Position numbers and translations under genes: made by a program. Positions 48,059 to 57,502 of a DNA stretch of 58,799 nucleotides are shown here, piece by piece (position 1 is the stretch's first letter; each line of letters begins with the position of its first letter). This DNA is from an uncultured Thalassovita sp. GTDB taxonomy: Bacteria; Bacteroidota; Bacteroidia; Cytophagales; Flammeovirgaceae. The stretch is from the NCBI GenBank assembly GCA_937129345.1, contig CAKZMZ010000259.1, positions 1-58,799 on the forward strand, in the 5' to 3' direction. The notes beneath the pieces are model-generated. The model was given only the letters and a program-made list of their open reading frames with translations, was not told where the DNA came from and ran no database searches.

Positions 48059-49330
48059 ATGAATGTATTGATTGTTGGGTCAGGAGGAAGGGAGCACGCT
48101 TTTGCCTGGAAGCTCAAGCAAAGCTCAAAAATTAATCGTCTTTTTGTAGCACCAGGAAATGCAGGTACTGCCACTATTGCTCAAAATGTATCTATAGCTG
48201 TTAACGATTTTAAGGCATTAGGCGATTTTTCGGTACAAAATAGCATCGACTATATTATTGTTGGGCCAGAAGTGCCGCTTGTAGAAGGTATTGTAGACTA
48301 TTTTACAACGCATCAGCAACTTTCGCATATACACGTAATTGGCCCAGATAAACGAGGTGCCGCTTTAGAAGGCAGTAAAGATTTTTCAAAAGCCTTTATG
48401 GAGAAATATGGCATACCTACTGGCAAAGCACTTACTATTAGCAGCGATAATTTGGATGAAGGTTTGGCATACCTCGAAACCAAACCTAGCCCCTATGTTT
48501 TAAAAGCAGATGGGCTTGCAGCGGGCAAAGGGGTGATCATTACCGAATCTGTAGAAGAGGCCAAAGGCAATCTGCAAGAAATGCTAGCAGGTAAGTTTGG
48601 CGAGGCAAGCAAAAGCGTTTTGATCGAAGAATACCTCTCAGGTATTGAGCTTTCGGTATTTGTGCTAACAGACGGTAAAGATTATTTGATCCTACCCGAA
48701 GCCAAAGATTACAAGCGCATTGGCGAAGGTGATACCGGTTTAAATACAGGTGGTATGGGCGCGGTTTCTCCCGTACCTTTTGCTCAAGGCGATTTTTTAA
48801 ATAGAGTAGAAAAGGAAGTAGTAAAGCCAACAATTCATGGTTTGCAAGAAGAAGGCATTACTTATAAAGGTTTTATCTTTATCGGGTTGATGAACGTAAA
48901 TGGAGCACCTTATGTAATTGAATACAATGTGCGTATGGGTGACCCTGAAACAGAAGTAGTTTTACCAAGACTAGACTCCGACTTAATGGACTTGATGGAA
49001 GCTACAGCCAAGGGTACGCTCGGTAACAAAAAACTGGTAATTAAGTCAGAAACAGCTACTACTGTTATGTTGGTATCAGGCGGTTATCCAGGTAATTACC
49101 CTAAAGGAAAAGTAATGCAAGGGTTTGAGCAGGTTGAAGATGCCTTGCTTTTTCATGCAGGTACTGCCCAAAATGAAAATGGAGAAGTGGTGACTAGTGG
49201 CGGTAGGGTGATCAGTGTAACTGCTTATGGCAATAATATGCAAGAGGCTTTAAATAAAGCTTACCAAGAAGCCAGAAAAATCCATTTTGAAGGCAGATAC
49301 TTTAGAAAAGATATAGGTTTCGATTTGTAA
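48059..49330 (+). CDS. purD: Phosphoribosylamine--glycine ligase
   Basis: GSGGREHA, APGNAG, GPEVPL, LEGSK, KADGLAAGKGV, NTGGMG, EYNVRMGDPE. Confidence 0.98.
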   Translation: MNVLIVGSGGREHAFAWKLKQSSKINRLFVAPGNAGTATIAQNVSIAVNDFKALGDFSVQNSIDYIIVGPEVPLVEGIVDYFTTHQQLSHIHVIGPDKRGAALEGSKDFSKAFMEKYGIPTGKALTISSDNLDEGLAYLETKPSPYVLKADGLAAGKGVIITESVEEAKGNLQEMLAGKFGEASKSVLIEEYLSGIELSVFVLTDGKDYLILPEAKDYKRIGEGDTGLNTGGMGAVSPVPFAQGDFLNRVEKEVVKPTIHGLQEEGITYKGFIFIGLMNVNGAPYVIEYNVRMGDPETEVVLPRLDSDLMDLMEATAKGTLGNKKLVIKSETATTVMLVSGGYPGNYPKGKVMQGFEQVEDALLFHAGTAQNENGEVVTSGGRVISVTAYGNNMQEALNKAYQEARKIHFEGRYFRKDIGFDL

Positions 49331-49368
49331 TAGGTTTCATCCATTCATTTTAAAATATAAATAATACC

Positions 49369-50508
49369 TTGAAAGCATTTACAAGCCTTAAAGCAGGTGT
49401 ACTAGGCGGAGGGCAATTAGGAAAAATGTTGATACAATCCGCAGCTGATTTTAATATCGATTTGCATGTTTTAGACCCAGATGGCGAAGCACCTTGCAGC
49501 AAGCTTACGCCATATTTTACCCAAGGTTCTTTACAAGAGCACGATACGGTAGTGGCTTTCGGGAAAGATATGGATGTGCTTACCATAGAAATTGAAAAGG
49601 TAAATGCCCAAGCCTTAAGTTGGTTGGAGTCTAACGGCGTACAGGTTTATCCGCAACCGCATATAGTTCGTATGATCCAAGATAAACGTGAGCAGAAAAA
49701 GTACTACCAAACCCATGGCTTTCCTACTTCAGACTTTATTTTGATCAATAATCCTGAAGATATTAAGCAACATAGCTCCTTCTTACCCGCTTTTCAAAAA
49801 AGTGCAAAGGATGGTTATGATGGGCGAGGCGTACAGAAAATAAACACACTAGAAGACATAGGAAAAGCTTTGCCAGGAGAAGGCTTGCTTGAAAAAGCAG
49901 TAGATATCAAAAAGGAAATCTCAGTAATTGTGTCTAGAAATGCGAAAGGGCAAACCAGTACTTTTCCAGCGGTAGAGTTGGTATACCACGAAGGACAAAA
50001 TTTAGTGGACTATTTGATTGCTCCAGCAGATATAGCCACAGAAATAGAAGAAAAGGCCAAGTCATTGGCCCTGCGCTTGGTAAAAGAATTAGAGTTTGTA
50101 GGTTTATTGGCTGTAGAGATGTTTGTAAATCAACAAGATGAAGTATTGATCAATGAGATAGCTCCAAGGCCACACAACAGCGGCCACCAAACCATAGAAG
50201 CCAACATCACTTCTCAATACGAACAACATCTGCGCGCTATTTTAGGCTTGCCTCCCGGTGATACCGCATTGGTTTGTCCTTCAGCCATGGTCAATTTACT
50301 TGGCGAGCCGGGTTATCAAGGAGAGGCCAACTACCAAGGTATAGAAAAAATTTTAGCTGTTCCTGGTGTGCATTTACACTTGTATGGTAAAAAAATTACC
50401 AAACCATACAGAAAAATGGGCCATGTTACCATTACAGGTAAAAACAGGCAAGAACTCGCCGAGAAAGTAAACTTGGTGAAAAAATCTTGTAAGGTGATAA
50501 GCTATTAA
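49369..50508 (+). CDS. purK: 5-(carboxyamino)imidazole ribonucleotide synthase
   Basis: GGGQLGKM, GYDGRG, NEIAPRPHNSGH, SQYEQHLRA, RKMGH; TTG start. Confidence 0.97.
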   Translation: MKAFTSLKAGVLGGGQLGKMLIQSAADFNIDLHVLDPDGEAPCSKLTPYFTQGSLQEHDTVVAFGKDMDVLTIEIEKVNAQALSWLESNGVQVYPQPHIVRMIQDKREQKKYYQTHGFPTSDFILINNPEDIKQHSSFLPAFQKSAKDGYDGRGVQKINTLEDIGKALPGEGLLEKAVDIKKEISVIVSRNAKGQTSTFPAVELVYHEGQNLVDYLIAPADIATEIEEKAKSLALRLVKELEFVGLLAVEMFVNQQDEVLINEIAPRPHNSGHQTIEANITSQYEQHLRAILGLPPGDTALVCPSAMVNLLGEPGYQGEANYQGIEKILAVPGVHLHLYGKKITKPYRKMGHVTITGKNRQELAEKVNLVKKSCKVISY

Positions 50509-50517
50509 ATTCTTCCG

Positions 50518-51639
50518 ATGGGAGAGATATTGGTTACGGGAAAAACCTACCCGCACATTCCGCCTTTTGGTTTTCAGACCTATTTTTTTGAAGAGTTGCA
50601 ACGGGCAGCTAATGAGCTAGACCTAAAATTGTATTTTGCCGATCCTTTGCGGCAAAAAGAAGAAGCTGATATTTTAACAGGCTACAAATTACAAAATGGG
50701 AGTTGGCTTCCCGTTGAATTTAATTTACCTCAAATAATCTACTACCGATTTAGCAGCGCAGAATTACCCGAAAAAGCCATTTCAGAAAAATTTGTACAAT
50801 TTTGCCAATCTCGAGGCTGTATTTTGGCCAATCCTTGGCCTATGGTTCAGCTTGTAAACGATAAATGGTTATTCCACCAGTTTTTAGAGCGACAAAAACT
50901 AGCGGAGATTCCTGCCTTAGAGGCTTCTGCGCAAAATTGGGATACGTTAAAAAGCTGGTTTTTGAACTATAAAAAGCTTTATTTAAAGCCAAGAAATGCT
51001 TCAAATGGCAGGGGAGTAGTGCAATTATCTATTATTAATGCGAACAATGCTGCTCAAGGGTTTTTGCAAAAATCAGCAGATAGTCAGAAAACACTCAATG
51101 AGGCAATGATACTGAATCTCCTAAAAAAGAATCAAGATTGTATAATACAGCCTGCCACAACTCCTGCTACCCAAACCGATGCACCATTTGATATTCGGGT
51201 AATGGTTCAAAACAATGGTTCAAATTATAAAATTAGTGGCATAGGCATTAGAAAAGGTAAATTAGGAAGCAATACTTCTAATTTAAAAGGTGGGGGAGAG
51301 GCTTTGCCCATAGAATCGCTTTCAGATTTTTTACTTAAAGAGATTGAGGAAAGCGCTTTAATACAGGCGCTTACCGAAAAATGCTTAAAAGTTTCTGAGC
51401 AATTGGACAAAACTTATGGAAGTTTCTGTGAATTAGGCTTTGACGTTTTGCTCAATAACGAATGGCAACCTGTAGTGCTTGAGGCCAATGCCAACCCTGG
51501 AAGGTGGATTTTTACAAAAATCGCTGATAGATACTTGAATAAAAATGATATTGTATCCAGAAAAATGTGGCAGAAATACAGTGATATGCGCAAAAGAACC
51601 GTTTCAGCCCCGCTTATCTATCTTAAAGGCTGTTTATAG
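50518..51639 (+). CDS. YheC/YheD-like ATP-grasp protein
   Basis: DKW..HQFL, YLKPRNASNGRGV, PFDIRVMVQ, TSNLKGGG, ELGFDVLL, LEANANPG. Confidence 0.85.
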   Translation: MGEILVTGKTYPHIPPFGFQTYFFEELQRAANELDLKLYFADPLRQKEEADILTGYKLQNGSWLPVEFNLPQIIYYRFSSAELPEKAISEKFVQFCQSRGCILANPWPMVQLVNDKWLFHQFLERQKLAEIPALEASAQNWDTLKSWFLNYKKLYLKPRNASNGRGVVQLSIINANNAAQGFLQKSADSQKTLNEAMILNLLKKNQDCIIQPATTPATQTDAPFDIRVMVQNNGSNYKISGIGIRKGKLGSNTSNLKGGGEALPIESLSDFLLKEIEESALIQALTEKCLKVSEQLDKTYGSFCELGFDVLLNNEWQPVVLEANANPGRWIFTKIADRYLNKNDIVSRKMWQKYSDMRKRTVSAPLIYLKGCL

Positions 51640-51701
51640 TTTAGGATTTTTTGGTTATTTCCAACAAATACGATGTTTTTGAAGTTTTGTACAAGCCTTT
51701 C

Positions 51702-51728
51702 CAACCTTTTTAATAAAAAGGGCGTCTA
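51702..51728 (+). promoter_or_regulatory. Candidate ECF-sigma promoter upstream of the small T9SS cargo gene
   Basis: CAAC-N17-CGTCTA fits the generic ECF -35 AAC / -10 CGT pattern; about 225 nt upstream of ATG 51953. Confidence 0.35.
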
Positions 51729-51952
51729 TTCAATAGCGAGTCTTTAAAATAGTTAAAGTGTATGTGAAAAAAAGTTAAAATAACTCTAACTGGCAACCAA
51801 TCATGTACATTTAGCATATTAGTAATAGAGGTTACTATTAATGAGACAAGAAATAAAAAAGAAGTTTGATTGAATAAATAACCGACTTGAGTAAGTAACT
51901 TCTTTTTTGATATAAATTAAAAATCTATTATTGAATTATATAAAGCTTAATT

Positions 51953-52366
51953 ATGAAAAGAAAAATTACTAGAAAATTTACAATTTTAATGCTTGCGGTA
52001 GTTTCGTTTACTGCACAAGCATTTTATCTTCATGCTGAGGTAATGCCCCCGGCAAAAGAGAAGTTGGTCGTTGAAAGTGAGACCCTCACAACTTATGATG
52101 ACTTTGACTTTGAGGTATATCCCAATCCTTACAGGGAAGGCCCCATCAATCTAGAAATTAATGGAAATGTAAGTGCTGCACTACAAATAAAATTGTACAA
52201 TACGATTGGTAAGGTAGTACTGTCAGAAGAGTTTCAATCTGGATTTGACCATTCGCAATTAACTTTAACACCTTCAATGAAGTTAGCGCCTGGTTTATAT
52301 TTTCTCTCTATATCTATGCAGGGAGAAAACTTCTCCAAGACCAAAAAATTGATAGTAAGTGAGTAA
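51953..52366 (+). CDS. Small T9SS type A sorting-domain protein (almost CTD only)
   Basis: Signal peptide, short linker, then VYPNP...YNTIGK...LAPGLYFL...TKKLIV. Confidence 0.88.
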   Translation: MKRKITRKFTILMLAVVSFTAQAFYLHAEVMPPAKEKLVVESETLTTYDDFDFEVYPNPYREGPINLEINGNVSAALQIKLYNTIGKVVLSEEFQSGFDHSQLTLTPSMKLAPGLYFLSISMQGENFSKTKKLIVSE

Positions 52367-52390
52367 TTTAAAACCATTTCATAATTAAGC

Positions 52391-52425
52391 AAAAAGCCAG
52401 TCTTTTAGACTGGCTTTTCTTTTTT
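52391..52425. terminator. Bidirectional terminator
   Basis: AAAAGCCAGTCT-ttt-AGACTGGCTTTT between convergent genes. Confidence 0.85.
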
Positions 52426-53715
52426 TCAACCATTCATAATTTCTTCAATTTCTTCTGCCTCTCTAGGAATATCCTTCATTAAATCCACCGGGCCGTTGTC
52501 TGTAATTAAAATATCATTTTCAATCCTTACACCGATTTGTTCGTCCCTAATGTAAATGCCCGGTTCACAGGTAAATACCATACCTGCCTCAAATTTTCGG
52601 TGCCTACTGCCGTAGTCGTGCACATCTAACCCCATGTGATGCGAAACGCCATGCATAAAATACTTTTTATAAAGTGGCTTATCTGGATTTTGCTCTTTTA
52701 CTTTTTGCGCATCTAACAAACCTAATTCTATTAATTCTTTCTCGATAAAAAGCCCAATTTCCTTATGGTATTCTTTTAACGTATTTCCTGGCACTAGCAT
52801 GCTAATGGCTTCTTTCTGCGCTTTTAGCACGGCATTGTAAACAGCTTTTTGGCGTTCGGTAAACTTTCCACTTACAGGTATGGTTCGAGTTAGGTCCGAT
52901 GCATAGTTGGCGTACTCACAGCCAAAATCCATGAGAAGTACGTCGCCTTCTTTGCATTGGTGGTCATTGCTTACGTAGTGTAAAACACATGAATTGCTAC
53001 CAGAAGCGATGATAGGCTCATAAGCTGCCCTTCTTGAGCGATTCCTTAAAAATTCATGCATCATTTCGGCTTCTATTTCATATTCCCAAACCCCTGGTTT
53101 TACAAATTCTAATATACGCCTAAATGCTTTGGCGGTAATATCGCAAGCAATCTGTATGGCCGCTACCTCATGCTCAGATTTAATGGCCCGCAAATGGTGC
53201 ATTAACGGCGCTAACCTTTCATACTCATGTAAGGGATAACGCTCTTTACATTGTTTAATAAATCGGGTATCTCTCGTTTCAACCTCAATTGAAGCGCGTA
53301 AATGTTCATTGGTATTGAGATAGATATTTTGAGCCTCATAGGCCAATATGGGAAAAACACTGTCAAACTCGCTGAGCCAGTAAATGGTCTCAATCCCCGA
53401 AATTTTTGTGGCTTCTTCCTTAGTAAATTTATGGCCTTCCCAAATAGCGATCAATTCGCTGGTTTCTTTAAGAAAAAGTATTTCTCGATGCTTTTCGTCT
53501 TGGCTATCAGGAAACAGCACCAATATCGACTCCTCTTGATCGATGCCGCTTAAGTAAAAAAGGTCGGTTTGTTGTATAAATGGGCGAGTTCCGTCGGCAC
53601 TCGTAGGCATAATATCGCTAGAATGAAATACGGCTACAGATTCTGGTTTCAGTAGTTTAGCGAGATTCTTTCTGTTGTTCATGAACAATTCGCTAGGTAA
53701 AGGTGTATATTTCAT
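52426..53715 (-). CDS. pepP: Xaa-Pro aminopeptidase (aminopeptidase P, M24B)
   Basis: LRAIKS, LHY, DFGCEYANYASDLTRT, HGVSHHMGLDVHD, TCEPGIY, GVRIENDI; start probably ATG 53715. Confidence 0.93.
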   Translation of the reverse strand: MKYTPLPSELFMNNRKNLAKLLKPESVAVFHSSDIMPTSADGTRPFIQQTDLFYLSGIDQEESILVLFPDSQDEKHREILFLKETSELIAIWEGHKFTKEEATKISGIETIYWLSEFDSVFPILAYEAQNIYLNTNEHLRASIEVETRDTRFIKQCKERYPLHEYERLAPLMHHLRAIKSEHEVAAIQIACDITAKAFRRILEFVKPGVWEYEIEAEMMHEFLRNRSRRAAYEPIIASGSNSCVLHYVSNDHQCKEGDVLLMDFGCEYANYASDLTRTIPVSGKFTERQKAVYNAVLKAQKEAISMLVPGNTLKEYHKEIGLFIEKELIELGLLDAQKVKEQNPDKPLYKKYFMHGVSHHMGLDVHDYGSRHRKFEAGMVFTCEPGIYIRDEQIGVRIENDILITDNGPVDLMKDIPREAEEIEEIMNG

Positions 53716-53887
53716 GCTTATGTTTTTGATGAATGGTAAATACAAGTGAAAAGTTATGTATTATCTTAGCTTAAAAAAAACTTCATTGCTTTTTATAGAA
53801 AATTCCTGCAAAAATGGAATATTTTTATCTCGTTTAGCATTCTATTGAAAATTACTACCTCAATAACTCTCACAAAAATCCTATTTG

Positions 53888-55441
53888 ATGAACAGTAAAA
53901 TCCTTAGTTGCTTTCTTATCATGTTAGTGGGCAGCGTATTTGCTCAATCGCCCCAAACTCCTAAATACTGGGTTTTATTAAAAGATAAGGCAGTAGAAAA
54001 CTACGACTATAGAGCGCATTTAAGTCCGCAGGCTATAAAGAAAAGGGCGCTCATGCAAATACCACTAGAGCAATATTCCGATATTCCGCTCAATGAAACA
54101 TATCTTAAAAAAATTGCTGAGAAAGGCATAAGGACACAAAATACCTCTAAATGGCTGAACGCTGTATCTGCGCAACTTACAGAAGAACAACAAAACTGGC
54201 TTTTACAGCAAGATTTTGTGAAAGAATTGGTTCGAATTAGCGCGCCATCTAAAGTATTAAGGCATACCGGTAAAGTAGATAGTGGCGAAGGTAAAAGGTA
54301 TGCTACGGCGATAGAACAAATGGAAGCTACCATTATGGAAGAGGCAGGCCTTTCTGGAGATGGCATTATCGTCGGAGTGATAGATGCTGGATTTTACGGC
54401 TTAAACAAAAATAAAAACCTTAAGCACCTTTCAAAGGATGATAAAATTTTAGGGTCTAAAGATTTTGTTAATCCTGAAAGAAACGATTTGATCAATGAGA
54501 TGAAAACCTACTCAGACGACCACGGAACCCAAGTGGTGGAGCATATAGCAGGGATTAGGAATAAGGGGCCACAATTTGGCTTTGCGGTAGATGCCTCTTT
54601 CTATTTGGCCAGATCGGAAAAAGGAGATACCGAAACCCGTGCCGAAGAAGACTATTGGATCAGTGCCATGGAGTGGATGGATAGCTTGGGCGTTCGTATT
54701 ATCAATACATCTTTAGGTTATGCTATGGGTTTTGACGATCCTAAGCAAAACTACAGCTTAAAAGATATGAATGGCAAAACAGCAATGATTTCTAAAGCGG
54801 CTCAAATTGCTAGTGAAGAAAAAGGATTGCTTTTGGTCGTATCTGCCGGTAATGAGGGTAATGATGCCAAGTGGCAAATAGTTTCGGCACCTGCTGACGC
54901 TAAAGGTGTTTTGTCGGTAGGGGCTACCGGTCCAAGTGGCTTAAAGGCAGGCTATTCTAGTATAGGGCCTGATTTTCTTCCTTATTTAAAACCCAATGTT
55001 GCTTGTTATTCTTTAATGGGCACTTCTTTTTCAGCACCTATAGTGACCGGATTTGCAGCCTGTTTAATGCAGCACAAACCAGAAGCTACGGGTATAGAAA
55101 TTAAAGAGATTATCGAAAAATCTGGCAACCTTTTTCCGTATGGCAACAATTACTTAGGTTATGGTGTGCCTAAAAGTTCAGTAGCATTACAGCTGCTAGA
55201 CGGTAAAGAAGCACCCAGTAAAATAGAGCGAAAAATGGCTGTGGGTAAAGATAAGATGATTATTAGAGTAAGCGCTAAAGACCTTAAAGACGCAGTGGTA
55301 TTCCACAAGCGCAAGCAGTTTTTTGTTGACAAGCAGATTTTGACCAAGCCTTCAGGTAACAAGTTTAAAATAGCAAAGCCTAAGGGTGTTACGCAAAGTA
55401 CTTTTGTTTGTGGCGAAAAAGTAGTAGAAATTATCTGGTAG
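53888..55441 (+). CDS. S8 family serine peptidase (subtilase) with N-terminal propeptide
   Basis: Catalytic triad VIDAG (D), DHGT (H), GTSFSAP (S); SAGNEG oxyanion Asn; signal peptide. Confidence 0.93.
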   Translation: MNSKILSCFLIMLVGSVFAQSPQTPKYWVLLKDKAVENYDYRAHLSPQAIKKRALMQIPLEQYSDIPLNETYLKKIAEKGIRTQNTSKWLNAVSAQLTEEQQNWLLQQDFVKELVRISAPSKVLRHTGKVDSGEGKRYATAIEQMEATIMEEAGLSGDGIIVGVIDAGFYGLNKNKNLKHLSKDDKILGSKDFVNPERNDLINEMKTYSDDHGTQVVEHIAGIRNKGPQFGFAVDASFYLARSEKGDTETRAEEDYWISAMEWMDSLGVRIINTSLGYAMGFDDPKQNYSLKDMNGKTAMISKAAQIASEEKGLLLVVSAGNEGNDAKWQIVSAPADAKGVLSVGATGPSGLKAGYSSIGPDFLPYLKPNVACYSLMGTSFSAPIVTGFAACLMQHKPEATGIEIKEIIEKSGNLFPYGNNYLGYGVPKSSVALQLLDGKEAPSKIERKMAVGKDKMIIRVSAKDLKDAVVFHKRKQFFVDKQILTKPSGNKFKIAKPKGVTQSTFVCGEKVVEIIW

Positions 55442-55462
55442 AAAACGGCTAGCAGTAGAACC

Positions 55463-55503
55463 AAAAAAAAGCGCTTTTACAAGAATGTAAAAGCGCTTTT
55501 TTT
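55463..55503. terminator. Bidirectional terminator
   Basis: AAAAAAAGCGCTTTTACA-agaa-TGTAAAAGCGCTTTTTTT. Confidence 0.9.
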
Positions 55504-55522
55504 ATGATAAAAGGTTATGTTT

Positions 55523-56011
55523 TTACTTTTTAACCAGTCTTTTCCAAGTATCTGTTCTTCCAAACAAAGAGACGCCAATGTAGCCTCTACCCTCTAATAT
55601 GTTTTCATTTTTTCTTGAGATTTCTGCATAAAAACTGTAGGTAGAACCATTATTGGGATCGTAAATGGTGCCATTTTCCCAAATGTATTCTTTATTGTTA
55701 CCCACAAATTCAAGGTCTTTTAAGATGATCATACCCTTGAGTGGGTCTTTCCTACGGGCTTCATCAGGATTGTTGACGTCTGTTCTTGGTTTGCCTTTTT
55801 CATCATTAGGTTCTTTGAGCCAAACTACCTTGCCGTAGTATTTATTAGGATCTTCCCCATTTTCCTTTTTGCCTTTGTAAATACTTACTACCGACCGGCC
55901 ATTACTTGGCTGCCAGTTGCCTAAAATAATATCTTCTACTTCTTTTTTTTGTGCTTGTGCGCCAAATGCAAACAGGGCACTTATAAACCATAATAAAATT
56001 GTTTTTTTCAT
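55523..56011 (-). CDS. DUF2147 domain-containing secreted protein
   Basis: ILGNW, YYGKVVWL, D..NPD..R, WENGTIYDPNNGSTY, RGYIGVSLFGRTDTWKR. Confidence 0.92.
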   Translation of the reverse strand: MKKTILLWFISALFAFGAQAQKKEVEDIILGNWQPSNGRSVVSIYKGKKENGEDPNKYYGKVVWLKEPNDEKGKPRTDVNNPDEARRKDPLKGMIILKDLEFVGNNKEYIWENGTIYDPNNGSTYSFYAEISRKNENILEGRGYIGVSLFGRTDTWKRLVKK

Positions 56012-56065
56012 GTCTTATTTACTTTTTGATGTATGTTATAATTAAGATAGTATTGTTTTGTAACC

Positions 56066-57112
56066 TTATGGGCTTACCAAGCTAAAGCCAACTCTAAAAT
56101 ATAAGGGCATGCCAATATTATTGTTAATTATTGCATCAGAAGCCCCTGCATCTTCATCAAGCGTAAAGCGGTAGTTTACTCGTAAGCCTGCTTGTAAATT
56201 TAACCAAATAAAATCACTTAGTGATTTATCCCATGAGATACGGGTACGGATTTCAGACTTCCTTAGTTCTAAATCATCCGTTGGGAAACCTAGACCGTTG
56301 TCGGGAGTACCTTCTAAAAAGTAGCTGTGGCCTTCTAGTTCATAGCCAAACATAAGCAAAGATTTAGTAGAGAAGTTATGCCTTACAGCACCTCTTGCTG
56401 GCAATAGTAGTTCTAAGCCCCACTTTTCATTAAAGGTTTTGTTGTAAAGCATTACGGGAATGTGCAGCACCCTACCACCTCGGTAGGTGCGTGTAGCGCC
56501 AAAAGCCAAATTGGTATTGTCGTTAAATTTCCAGCCGTAGAGTACAGCGGCGCTGTATTTTAACTTGCCAAAGTTTGGTTGAAATTGATCAAAGTCATGT
56601 GCGCCATTTAATGCAGCATCGAATTGAAAAAGCATGAAGTTTTTCTCATTGAGCGGTTTAAAAACTATCGCGCCTACTCTAGTTGAGCGAAGCGGTGTAT
56701 TGCCTAAGCGAGTAGCCAAGCCATGACTTTCAGCTACCGAACCAAAATTATAGTTGCTCTCCCAATGGCTTACGGTAGCATTTACAATAATGGAACTCTT
56801 AGAAATTATGGGGAAATTGGCATCAAGCCTTAAACCATGGTTGAGGTTTACAGGCGATACAGCAGAATAATCGCTTTCTAGCGCATCGCCACTTTCAGAA
56901 TCAAGGTCGAAGCCGCCTACAAAATCATAACTTACGCTCACCAGTTTGGTGGGGCTAAGGTTGATAACTTTGTTGTTGCAAAAGTTTTTGATTTCAGTAT
57001 CATCAGCCGCCGCAAAATCATCCATATTGAATTCATCGTCTTGCGCATAGCCGAAACTCGCAAAAGCTAGAAAGAAAAATAGGCTTAGTAAATAAGTAAG
57101 AAGTTTTTTCAT
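56066..57112 (-). CDS. DUF6268-like outer membrane beta-barrel protein
   Basis: Signal peptide from ATG 57112 (MKKLL...GYA-Q); WGLELLLPAR, GYELEG; terminal strand YFRVGFSL. Confidence 0.75.
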   Translation of the reverse strand: MKKLLTYLLSLFFFLAFASFGYAQDDEFNMDDFAAADDTEIKNFCNNKVINLSPTKLVSVSYDFVGGFDLDSESGDALESDYSAVSPVNLNHGLRLDANFPIISKSSIIVNATVSHWESNYNFGSVAESHGLATRLGNTPLRSTRVGAIVFKPLNEKNFMLFQFDAALNGAHDFDQFQPNFGKLKYSAAVLYGWKFNDNTNLAFGATRTYRGGRVLHIPVMLYNKTFNEKWGLELLLPARGAVRHNFSTKSLLMFGYELEGHSYFLEGTPDNGLGFPTDDLELRKSEIRTRISWDKSLSDFIWLNLQAGLRVNYRFTLDEDAGASDAIINNNIGMPLYFRVGFSLVSP

Positions 57113-57271
57113 AGAGTTGCTTTTTGGATTGAGCGCCAAAGATAAGGCATCTTTGAGCATAATTTTTACAATTAAAAAAAACAACTTTCAATATATCTAA
57201 TTGTTTGGGTTTTGAGGGGGGGCTAAAATGCGCTCCCAATCCCGTTTTGTTGCTATAATTACTTATATTCC

Positions 57272-57465
57272 GAAGTCGGGAGACTTCTTCGGGCTTGACT
57301 TTAGCTTAATGATTTGGCACAGTTCTCACTTCGTTAAGAACTGCGCCAGTTAGATTTCCGAACCTCGAACCACTGGCGCAGGTCTCTGACCTGTGGCAGC
57401 ATATGGCTATTGCCAAACATATAGAAGTCTTCTGACTCTCTGGTCGATAGCGTTTCGCTTCGACC
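57272..57465. repeat. Cluster of REP-like GC-rich palindromes
   Basis: GAAGTC-ggga-GACTTC (57272); TGGCaCAGTTCT-cacttcgtta-AGAACTGcGCCA (57315); CTGGCGCAGGTC-tct-GACCTGTGGCAG (57373); GGTCGATAGCG-ttt-CGCTTCGACC (57442). Confidence 0.6.
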
Positions 57466-57502
57466 TAAAGTTGTAAAAGGAGTAAATTGATATTTCTCTC
57501 CC

